DNA from: a virus
Lineage: Duplodnaviria > Caudoviricetes
IMG/VR virus record: IMGVR_UViG_3300049169_000015
Location: 1 to 40,594 of that record
Strand: one strand, 5' to 3'
Length of the DNA: 40,594 nt
The first letter of the stretch is position 1. Each line of letters opens with the position of its first letter. The notes under the pieces were generated by a model, which was given only the letters and a program-made list of their open reading frames with translations, was not told the origin of the DNA and searched no databases. Positions 25,956 through 33,506 of the stretch are shown piece after piece. The position numbers and the translations under genes were made by a program.

Positions 25956-26531
25956 ATGCACGCCCTGCCCGACTTCCTCACCCACGGCCGCCCCTCCTGC
26001 ACCCCCGCCCTCGCCCACCTGTTCCAGTCCCGTATCCCCGCCGACGAGCAAGCCGCCAAGGACCTCTGCCGCACCTGCCCCCTCCGCCAGCCGTGCGCCG
26101 CCTACGCCCTCGACACCGACGAGCAGTGGGGCACCTGGGGCGGACTCACCCCAACCGACCGCGCCCGGCTCCGCCACGGCGACGGCTGGTGGATCGACGC
26201 CGAAGGCCGCATCCGGCAACCGTGCGGCAGCGATCCGGCGTACCGCACGCACCTGAAGTACCGGGAGCAGCCGTGCGAGGTGTGCCAGGCCGGGCAGGAG
26301 CAGCGCACCGAGGACCGCCGGCGGGCGATCCTGGCTGTCGAGCACGCTCTCCCGGCTGGTGGGTCGGTCCGCGGCTACGACACCCACCGGCGGCTCGGTG
26401 AGGACGCGTGCGTGCCGTGCAAGGCGGCGATGGCCCGCCAGTCCGCGGCGAAGCCTGACAGGCCGCTGGGCAAGGCACGCAGGGCGTCCCGGCCCGCTTC
26501 CTCGTCCGGGCCGATGGCGCTCGCCTCATGA
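25956..26531 (+). CDS. whiB: WhiB-family transcription factor with C-terminal extension
   Basis: C...AKDLCRTCPLRQPC...WGTWGGLTPTDR; GAGGA RBS. Confidence 0.88.
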   Translation: MHALPDFLTHGRPSCTPALAHLFQSRIPADEQAAKDLCRTCPLRQPCAAYALDTDEQWGTWGGLTPTDRARLRHGDGWWIDAEGRIRQPCGSDPAYRTHLKYREQPCEVCQAGQEQRTEDRRRAILAVEHALPAGGSVRGYDTHRRLGEDACVPCKAAMARQSAAKPDRPLGKARRASRPASSSGPMALAS

Positions 26532-26594
26532 CCGCCCTGGCCCTCCTGTTCGCGCTCCTCGGGGCGCTCGCCCTCCCACCACGAAAGGCACCCG

Positions 26595-26882
26595 ATGCTC
26601 GAGGCCCGCATCATCGACGCGATCACGCCGCTGTGCCTGTGCGCAGCGTTCCTGATCCTCGCCGTCCTGCTGCTCTCCGAGGACCGGCGCCTACGCCGCC
26701 AGGCCCGTGCCGCCGAGGAGCGGGCCAGGCCGCACAGCGCGCACGTAGGCACCGCCGCCGAGGACGCCGCCGCACTCATGGCCGACCGGCTCCGTGAAGA
26801 CGAGCAGGCGTTCCGCGACCTCCACGGCCTGCCCGCCGCCCGCCCCGTCACCCGACTCACCGTGAAGGACAGGTACCTGTGA
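26595..26882 (+). CDS. Hypothetical membrane protein
   Basis: GAAAGG RBS; single TM. Confidence 0.6.
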   Translation: MLEARIIDAITPLCLCAAFLILAVLLLSEDRRLRRQARAAEERARPHSAHVGTAAEDAAALMADRLREDEQAFRDLHGLPAARPVTRLTVKDRYL

Positions 26883-27169
26883 CCACACCCGCCATCCCCG
26901 AGTTCCTGATCAGCTACATGGAACAGCGACGCGCCGAACGCGCGGACGCGGTGAACGCCGTACTCGGTGCGCTCACCCCCAAGGAGCGACACCTGATCCA
27001 CGACGCAGCCGTCATGGGCTACGTCCGAGGCCTTATGCACGGCAAGCACACGCCGAACGACGGCGTCCCGAAGGACGGCCTGATCGTCGCCGAGGTGATT
27101 GACGCATGCCTCGCGATGCCGGACCTGTACCCCGGCATCAACGCCGTTGCCGAGGACGCGCAGCGGTGA
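26879..27169 (+). CDS. Hypothetical protein
   Basis: Coupled ORF; LTPKERHLIHDAAVMGYVRG. Confidence 0.7.
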   Translation: MTTPAIPEFLISYMEQRRAERADAVNAVLGALTPKERHLIHDAAVMGYVRGLMHGKHTPNDGVPKDGLIVAEVIDACLAMPDLYPGINAVAEDAQR

Positions 27170-27342
27170 GCGACCCGACCCCGCGCGGCCGGCGCGCCCC
27201 ACTTCCGACGCCCGTATGGGAGACCCGCCTCGTCGTCGTCGAGACCGTCATCCCCGACGACGCCGACGACGACGCGACGACGCCCCGCCCGAACCGCGCC
27301 ACCCGCCGCGCCCTCAACCGGAAGAAGACCCGCCGTGCCTGA
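27166..27342 (+). CDS. Small protein with PNRATRRA motif
   Basis: GTGA coupling, GAGGA RBS. Confidence 0.55.
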   Translation: MSDPTPRGRRAPLPTPVWETRLVVVETVIPDDADDDATTPRPNRATRRALNRKKTRRA

Positions 27343-27829
27343 CCGACTCACCCGCGCCGTCGTCGACATCGCGACGCAGCTCCGACGCATCGCCGACGCA
27401 CACACGACGCCCGTCTCCGACGAGGACGACGCCGCGACGACGACGGCCGACGGCGCCCGTCGCGTACCCGACGTCGACTACTACCGGCAGCTCTCAGCCG
27501 AGCAGGGGCAGGCCCTCGCCCGCGCGGAAGCCGCATGCGAGGAGCAGCGCCGCCGCGCCGAGCGGGCAGAGCAGCGCCGCGACCAGCTGGCCGCCACCCT
27601 CCGCGAAGTCCTCGCCCTCTTCACCCCCGCCCTATCGAACGGGAAGTACGCCTTCTACCAAGCCAGTGATCAGCCCATCGCCCCGCAGGACTACCAGCGC
27701 TGGCACGCCGCACTCCAGCCGCCGGCCAACGAGGAGCAGCCCGCTGCGGGATGCGTGCCTGGCCCGTATGACGACTGCCCCAACTGCCCCCACGACGAGA
27801 CCGACCAGCCCAGCACGAAGGAGAACTGA
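27335..27829 (+). CDS. Hypothetical coiled-coil protein
   Basis: Overlapping ORF in the operon. Confidence 0.65.
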   Translation: MPDRLTRAVVDIATQLRRIADAHTTPVSDEDDAATTTADGARRVPDVDYYRQLSAEQGQALARAEAACEEQRRRAERAEQRRDQLAATLREVLALFTPALSNGKYAFYQASDQPIAPQDYQRWHAALQPPANEEQPAAGCVPGPYDDCPNCPHDETDQPSTKEN

Positions 27830-27831
27830 CC

Positions 27832-28050
27832 ATGGGATGGGGATCCGGATACAGCATCTTCAACACCGTTGCCGACGCCCTCGTCGAAGCTGAAGCCAGC
27901 GACGAAGTGAAGGAGCGGGCACTCACGAAGGTGATCAGAGGCCTCCAAGAAGAGGACTGGGACACCGAGCTGGACAGCCTTCAGAGCTACCTCGACGACC
28001 CGGCGATCGTCCGCGCGTTCGCCAACAACGACGTTGTCTGGCCAGACTGA
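27832..28050 (+). CDS. Hypothetical protein (72 aa)
   Basis: AAGGAG RBS; MGWGSG...DWDT. Confidence 0.7.
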   Translation: MGWGSGYSIFNTVADALVEAEASDEVKERALTKVIRGLQEEDWDTELDSLQSYLDDPAIVRAFANNDVVWPD

Positions 28051-28073
28051 CCGACGCCCGCTGACGCAGGCCA

Positions 28074-28107
28074 GACGCCCCGTCGTCTGTGTAGGCGGCG
28101 GGGCGTC
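28074..28107. terminator. Stem-loop between convergent genes
   Basis: GACGCCCCGTCGTCT/AGGCGGCGGGGCGTC. Confidence 0.65.
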
Positions 28108-28114
28108 GTCGCGT

Positions 28115-28357
28115 CTACCGGCCCTTACTGATCTGCCACGCCCGCGAGCGATCCACCCCGAGCACGACCCCGATCTCCGGAAAATCCATACCGGCCTCGT
28201 TCATCGCGATCACCGACTGCTGCCGGATCTCCTTCAACAGCCGGTGCAGGTCCGGCCACTCGCGCAGCAGGTCAGTAGCCGCGCGCGCCCTGTCGGCAGC
28301 GTTCGGCAAGCCCTCGATCTTCAGCAGCGCACGGCGCACGTCCTCAGCAGCTCCCAC
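28115..28357 (-). CDS. Small HTH regulator, divergent from the spd-like operon
   Basis: GMDFPEIGVVLGVDRSRAWQI; GGAGG RBS on the minus strand. Confidence 0.8.
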   Translation of the reverse strand: MGAAEDVRRALLKIEGLPNAADRARAATDLLREWPDLHRLLKEIRQQSVIAMNEAGMDFPEIGVVLGVDRSRAWQISKGR

Positions 28358-28401
28358 AACCGCACCTCCCGAACCGGAGAGTAGGCGTGCAGAGATCTCC
28401 C

Positions 28402-28439
28402 GTGAGGAGTACCCTCCACGTGTGATGGGTACCCATCAC
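28402..28439. promoter_or_regulatory. Tandem operator: perfect 18-bp palindrome plus degenerate copy
   Basis: GTGATGGGTACCCATCAC (28422-28439) and GTGAGGAGTACCCTCCAC (28402-28419). Confidence 0.7.
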
Positions 28440-28545
28440 CGCGTCACGACGGGCCCCACAGCCCCGACGACGCCCCACAACTGAACGGCCCCCGCCGGTG
28501 CTGCGAACACCGAACGAGGGCCTGACCACAGGAGACGTGACTCCC

Positions 28546-29406
28546 ATGGCTTCCAAAGAGCCTACCCGCGGCCGCCGCATCGGCGGCCCCATCCGCGCAG
28601 CATGGTTCATCGTCCTCACGATGATGCTCGCCGCCGCCGCCTGGTCCATCAGCGGCAAGCTCACCGCCTGGGGCATGACCCCCAAACTCGCGTGGGGCCT
28701 GTCCCTCATGTTCGACCTCGCCGGACTGATCTGCGCCGAGTACGCCCGCCGCGCCATCGAACGCGGCAGCCCGGCCGGCCTGGCCCGGCTTGCGATCTTC
28801 GGGTTCGTCGTCGTCTCCGGCGCCCTCAACTTCTCCCACGGCCGGCAGATCGGCGGCCTCGTCGCCGGGTGCGGACTCGCCTCCATCTCCGGCGCCGTGG
28901 AGCTGCTGTTCGAGCTGCACCGCCGGGACGTCCGCGACGAGCAGCGCGCCGCCCGCGGCCTGATCGCCGAGCGCATGCCGCACATCCCCCTGTTGGGCTG
29001 GGTGATGTTCCCGGCCCGGTCGTGGCAGACGCTGCGCGGCGCGGTCGGTGCGCGGCTCGACGTGCTGGACCCGGTGCAGCAGCCGGTGACGACGGCCGTC
29101 GTCGAGCGCGTCACCGCCCCGGCCCCGCCCGTCACGCCGCAGGCCGTCGCTCCCGAACTGCCGCCCGCCGAGGCGCAGCCCGAGCCGATCCGGTACAGCG
29201 ACCCGCGGTGCGCCGTGATCCGCGGCCTCTACAACGACGGCACCCGGCCCACCACCGGCGACATGCGCCAGGCCCTCGCCGCCGCCGGGCTCACGGTGCC
29301 CAGCCCCTCCACACTCCGCGGCATCCTTCGCAAGGAGATCGAGGAGCAGGAGCCGCACCTCGCCGACCTGCCCGGCCGGCCGTCGCCGCTGCACCGCGCC
29401 GGGTGA
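28546..29406 (+). CDS. SpdB/DUF2637-like multi-pass membrane protein
   Basis: Four TM segments (..MFDLAGLIC..SGALNFSHG..VELLFEL), Pro-rich linker, C-terminal putative HTH. Confidence 0.65.
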   Translation: MASKEPTRGRRIGGPIRAAWFIVLTMMLAAAAWSISGKLTAWGMTPKLAWGLSLMFDLAGLICAEYARRAIERGSPAGLARLAIFGFVVVSGALNFSHGRQIGGLVAGCGLASISGAVELLFELHRRDVRDEQRAARGLIAERMPHIPLLGWVMFPARSWQTLRGAVGARLDVLDPVQQPVTTAVVERVTAPAPPVTPQAVAPELPPAEAQPEPIRYSDPRCAVIRGLYNDGTRPTTGDMRQALAAAGLTVPSPSTLRGILRKEIEEQEPHLADLPGRPSPLHRAG

Positions 29407-29411
29407 CCGCC

Positions 29412-29552
29412 ATGTGGCCCGTGTTCGTGCTCGCCATGGTCGGCGGCCTCTGCGGCCTGTCCCTCATCTCCTGGCGCGACGTGCCGCTCCACGTTGGCAC
29501 CGCCGCCCTCATCCTGACCCTCGCCGCGCTCGGCGTGGCCCTCCTCCACTGA
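29412..29552 (+). CDS. Small two-TM protein (46 aa)
   Basis: MWPVFVLAMVGGLCGLSL... Confidence 0.6.
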   Translation: MWPVFVLAMVGGLCGLSLISWRDVPLHVGTAALILTLAALGVALLH

Positions 29553-29559
29553 GGACCCC

Positions 29560-30069
29560 ATGACCATCGTCACCATCGGCGGCGTGACCGTCGGCCTCGC
29601 CCTCCTCGTCCGCTTCGCCGTCACCTGGTGGCCCGGCACCAAAGCGCTCACCTCCAACCCGCTCGGCTACGCGGGCACCCTGCTGCCGTTCCTCGCCGCC
29701 TGGGCGTACGGCGTCCTCACCGTCCTCACCGTCGGTGGCCTCATCGGCTGGATCGCCGACGGCGTCCTGTGGATCTCCAACTGGCTCGGCGACGTCGCCC
29801 TCGTCTGGGGCGTCGGCACCACGGCCGGCACCTCCGCCGGGGGAGGCACCTACCTGCCCCTCACGCAGACCGGTGGCGCGCTCGTCCTGCTGCTGACCGT
29901 CGGCATGCTCGCCGCGGCGAAGAAGTCCCGGCACGGGCGGGACCTCAAGGTCGGCGCCTGGTGCGGCATCTGCCTCGGCACGTCCGCCGGGATCGCCGGA
30001 GCAGCCGCGGTGCCACTCGCGCAGGCCGCGAACTGGACCGGGTCTGTCGTCTACGGGGTGCTGGCATGA
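29560..30069 (+). CDS. Multi-pass membrane protein (169 aa)
   Basis: GAGGA RBS; four to five hydrophobic segments. Confidence 0.75.
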   Translation: MTIVTIGGVTVGLALLVRFAVTWWPGTKALTSNPLGYAGTLLPFLAAWAYGVLTVLTVGGLIGWIADGVLWISNWLGDVALVWGVGTTAGTSAGGGTYLPLTQTGGALVLLLTVGMLAAAKKSRHGRDLKVGAWCGICLGTSAGIAGAAAVPLAQAANWTGSVVYGVLA

Positions 30070-30695
30070 CCGCCGCCGAACCGCAGGAGCAGCCGACGGA
30101 GGAGGAGCTGCCGGAGCCGAGCCGGATCGCGGGCGGTTGCGTCCTCGCCGTCGCCGCCGTCGCCGCCGGGGCCACCGCCTACGCGGTGCCGGAGGTCGGC
30201 TACTTCGTGGCCGGACTGCTCGCCACCGCGACCGTGCGTAAGGCCCGCGGCTGGACCGGCCGCCGCCGCACGGTAGCCGACGAGGAGCAGCCGGACACCG
30301 AGCCCACCGTCGACATCGCCGAGCACCTTCGCACCCTGTCGGGGGGCGGTCTGGAGAACGTCCTCCTGACCCGTCTCCAGCAGGCTGCCGAACTCCCTGA
30401 CACGAAGCAGGTGCGGGCGCTCCTTGCCGAGGCCGACATCCGCGTCCGCGGGGTGCGCACCCCCCACGGCAACGGGCCCGGCGTCCACATGGACGACATT
30501 CCGCCCGCCCCTCTCCCCCTCTTGCCGTCCTGTGGTGACGGTTGTTGCTGCACGTCAGCGGCCAACGCCAACGCTAACAACGGTCCCGAGGAGGGGCCCG
30601 GAGAGGGGTTCCGTGTAGAGCCCATCGGCCAGGCCGGGACCGTCGTGCACGACCCGGCAGAGGCGCACCGCCGTCAGCAGGTGCGCGCCCACTAG
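30066..30695 (+). CDS. Membrane protein with cytoplasmic domain (209 aa)
   Basis: ATGA coupling; TM hairpin then VRGVRTPHGNGPGVH. Confidence 0.7.
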   Translation: MTAAEPQEQPTEEELPEPSRIAGGCVLAVAAVAAGATAYAVPEVGYFVAGLLATATVRKARGWTGRRRTVADEEQPDTEPTVDIAEHLRTLSGGGLENVLLTRLQQAAELPDTKQVRALLAEADIRVRGVRTPHGNGPGVHMDDIPPAPLPLLPSCGDGCCCTSAANANANNGPEEGPGEGFRVEPIGQAGTVVHDPAEAHRRQQVRAH

Positions 30696-30698
30696 ATC

Positions 30699-30738
30699 CC
30701 GGGGCGGCCGCCATCCGCCAAGACATCGGCCGCCCCGG
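30699..30738 (+). terminator. 12-bp stem-loop
   Basis: CCGGGGCGGCCG/CGGCCGCCCCGG. Confidence 0.55.
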
Positions 30739-30770
30739 TCCCATCCCAACCAGGAGACAGGACCGCCATC

Positions 30771-30914
30771 ATGGCACTCAGGAAGACCATGCCCGCCCGT
30801 GACCCGAAGGCCGCGACCGCGGACAACCCGCACTCCCGCGAGTACCAGTCCAGCCGCGGCGGCTACACCGACACCCCGCCGAAGCCTGTGCCCGGCACCC
30901 CGAAGAACGGATGA
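30771..30914 (+). CDS. Small protein (47 aa), not in the ORF track
   Basis: AGGA RBS; MALRKTMPARDPKAATADNPHSREYQSSRGGYTDTPPKPVPGTPKNG*. Confidence 0.55.
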   Translation: MALRKTMPARDPKAATADNPHSREYQSSRGGYTDTPPKPVPGTPKNG

Positions 30915-31024
30915 TGACCATGAGCGACACCATGCAGATCGCGTTCGGACTCGCAGGCATCGTCGGCGGACTGTCCGGCATCGTCGGCGCCATCCTGGTG
31001 TGGCGCGGTAGCCGATCCGCCTGA
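30911..31024 (+). CDS. Single-TM micro-protein (37 aa), not in the ORF track
   Basis: ATGA coupling; IAFGLAGIVGGLSGIVGAILVWR. Confidence 0.55.
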   Translation: MMTMSDTMQIAFGLAGIVGGLSGIVGAILVWRGSRSA

Positions 31025-31090
31025 CCTTGCCCGCCTGTCACACCCCCGCAGTAGCCTGGATGCGTCCGCTGGCTGCGGCGCTGCTGAGAC

Positions 31091-31131
31091 CGAAGCCCCT
31101 GCCGAACGGTCCCCCGACGGCAGGGGCTTCG
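31091..31131 (+). terminator. 14-bp stem-loop terminator
   Basis: CGAAGCCCCTGCCG/CGGCAGGGGCTTCG. Confidence 0.7.
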
Positions 31132-31175
31132 CCGTACCCTGGCCCCCTCTCATCACCCGTGTCCTTGGGGGGACC

Positions 31176-31652
31176 ATGCGCACCAGAACCGTCACGGCCG
31201 CCGCCGTGCTGCTCCTCGCCCTCACCGGCTGCTCGTCGAACAGCAGCACCGACGACAAGCCGCCCACCGCCACAGCCAGCCCGTCAGCCGACCCGACCAC
31301 GCCGCCCACCAAGTCCCCGACCGCCAGCAGCAACCCCACCGGCGACCCGGAGGAAGCCGCGCTGGAGAAGGCCGTCCGCGCCTACAGCGACGCCTACTTC
31401 GCCACCGACTCCAAGAAGGCGTACGGCATGCTCTCCGCACGCTGCGCCGAGAAGATCCCCGCCGACATGTACGGCCCGGTCATCGAGTCCACCGTGAAGC
31501 AGTACGGCGTCCACCCCATCAAGACGCTGACCGTCGACCAGCTGGCCGACAACCTGGCCCGCGTGACGTACACCTACGCCGTGCCGGCGCTGGATCAGAA
31601 GTCCCAGCCGTGGGCGCGTGAGGGCGGCCAGTGGCGGTACGACGGCTGCTGA
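31176..31652 (+). CDS. Lipoprotein (NTF2-like C-terminus possible)
   Basis: Signal peptide with lipobox LTGC; Pro/Thr linker; W.REGGQWRYDGC. Confidence 0.85.
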   Translation: MRTRTVTAAAVLLLALTGCSSNSSTDDKPPTATASPSADPTTPPTKSPTASSNPTGDPEEAALEKAVRAYSDAYFATDSKKAYGMLSARCAEKIPADMYGPVIESTVKQYGVHPIKTLTVDQLADNLARVTYTYAVPALDQKSQPWAREGGQWRYDGC

Positions 31653-31670
31653 CGCCCGTCGTCGGGGGCT

Positions 31671-31733
31671 GTGACTTGCAGCCCCCAAGATCCTGGCCGC
31701 CCGAATTTTCGTACCTTCCCACCAGGGAGGTAC
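31671..31733 (+). promoter_or_regulatory. Putative late promoter 1 (terS)
   Basis: GTGACTTGCAGCCCCC-N14-CCGAAT-N5-TACCTT; same architecture at 37332. Confidence 0.65.
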
Positions 31734-31737
31734 GGCC

Positions 31738-32157
31738 ATGGCGAACCCACAGACGAACCGGACACTGGCGGCAGCGCGGGAGGACGAGGTCGTCCTCCTC
31801 TACACCCGCGACCGGCTCACCTTCCGTGAGATCGCCGAGCGCATCGGCGCCGACGTAAAGAACACGCACGCCGCGTGGAAGCGTGGCCGGGCCCGCATGC
31901 ACAAGGAAGCGTCCGAGGCGTTCGGCGAGATGGTCGGCGGGCAGCTCGCCACCTGCAAAACTTTGATCGACGGCCTGATGCCCGTCGTCCTACGCAGCGA
32001 CATGAACAGCGCGAAGGCGGCCGAGGCGATCGTCCGCGCCATGGACCACGAGGCCAAGCTCCTCGGCCTGTACGCCCCCGTCCGCGCGAGCGTCACGGTC
32101 ACCGACGAGATGACCGAGCGCGTGAAGGCCCTCGCTGCAGAGCTGGCCGAACTGTGA
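31738..32157 (+). CDS. terS: Terminase small subunit
   Basis: HTH (LTFREIAERIG), AKLLGLYAP motif; precedes TerL. Confidence 0.8.
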   Translation: MANPQTNRTLAAAREDEVVLLYTRDRLTFREIAERIGADVKNTHAAWKRGRARMHKEASEAFGEMVGGQLATCKTLIDGLMPVVLRSDMNSAKAAEAIVRAMDHEAKLLGLYAPVRASVTVTDEMTERVKALAAELAEL

Positions 32158-33497
32158 TCACGGACCTCGACGCGCGCCTGGCCGGCATGTCGCCGGCCGA
32201 GCTGGAACTCCTCGAGCAGGAGCTGCGCGCCCGCCTGTGGCAGAAGCGGTGGGACCGGTGGACGCCATACGCCTGGCAGGTCCCGCCGGACGAGATCCCG
32301 ACCATGGGCTGGTGGCTCCAGCTCGGCGGGCGTGGCACCGGGAAGACGGACGGCTGCGCCCGCTACATGGTCGAGCACGTCAACGGCCCGGCCTGCGACC
32401 CCAGGTTGCGCGGCGGGCACCGGATGGCGATCGTCGCACCGACGCAGGGCGACGCCGTCGAGGCCTGCGTCAACGGGCCCTCCGGACTGAAGGCGCACGA
32501 CCCGCGCGTCGTGCTGCGCACCACCGCCGGCGGCACGTTCGCCCGCTGGCCCACCGGGGCCGAGGCCAAGCTGTTCGGCGCCCACAGCCCGGACGACATC
32601 GAGCGCCTCCGCGCTGGTGGCAACCGGTGCCTCGTCTGGATGGAGGAGGTCGCCGCGCAGCGCCGCCTGAAGGAAGCGATCACCCACTCGGAGATGGGCC
32701 TGCGTATCGGCCCGAACCCCCACTACATCGCGAGCACCACGCCGAAGCCCCGCACCGAGGTCATGGAGCTGAAGGGCCGCGCGGACGTCATCGTGACGCA
32801 GGGCCGCACCCGCGACGCCATCCACCTTCCGCAGGACATGCGGGACTTCCTCGTCCAGAAGTACGCGGGCACCCGACTGGAGGCGCAGGAGCTGGACGGC
32901 GTGCTGCTGGAGGACATCGAGGGCGCGCTGTGGCAGCGGGAACGGCTCGACGCCACCCGCGTCGGCGCGGCCCCGCCGATGGTCCGCATCGTCGTCGCGA
33001 TCGACCCGGCGGCCAAGGGCGGCGACGAGTCCGACGAGATGGGCATCGTCGTCGCCGGCCTCGGCCAGTCGTACATCCCGGACCGGAACGGCTTTGCCCG
33101 CCGTCACGGCTACGTCCTCGACGACCTGTCGGGGCGGATGTCGCCGGAAGAGTGCATGCGCAAGGCCGCGCAGGCGTACCACGCGTGGAAGGCCGACGCC
33201 GTGATCGCCGAGGTGAACAACGGTGGCGACTGGATCGGAACGACGCTGCGGCAGATCGACGCCAAGGTCACCTATCGCACGGTCACCGCGACCCGCGGCA
33301 AGCAGACCCGCGCGGAGCCGGTGGCCGCCGTGTTCGACCAGCTGGCCGCGCACATCGTCACGAGCCTGCCCGATCTGGAGGAGCAGCTGGTGACGTGGGT
33401 GCCGGGCGACGACAGCCCCGACCGGCTCGACGCCATGGTGTGGGCCCTCACTGATCTGATGCTCGCGCCTGCGGGCAACCTGGCCGCGGTCGCGTAG
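32154..33497 (+). CDS. terL: Terminase large subunit
   Basis: Walker A GGRGTGKT, Walker B VWMEE, STTP, IDPA, SPDRLDA nuclease motifs. Confidence 0.95.
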   Translation: MITDLDARLAGMSPAELELLEQELRARLWQKRWDRWTPYAWQVPPDEIPTMGWWLQLGGRGTGKTDGCARYMVEHVNGPACDPRLRGGHRMAIVAPTQGDAVEACVNGPSGLKAHDPRVVLRTTAGGTFARWPTGAEAKLFGAHSPDDIERLRAGGNRCLVWMEEVAAQRRLKEAITHSEMGLRIGPNPHYIASTTPKPRTEVMELKGRADVIVTQGRTRDAIHLPQDMRDFLVQKYAGTRLEAQELDGVLLEDIEGALWQRERLDATRVGAAPPMVRIVVAIDPAAKGGDESDEMGIVVAGLGQSYIPDRNGFARRHGYVLDDLSGRMSPEECMRKAAQAYHAWKADAVIAEVNNGGDWIGTTLRQIDAKVTYRTVTATRGKQTRAEPVAAVFDQLAAHIVTSLPDLEEQLVTWVPGDDSPDRLDAMVWALTDLMLAPAGNLAAVA

Positions 33498-33506
33498 GAG
33501 GAAGTC

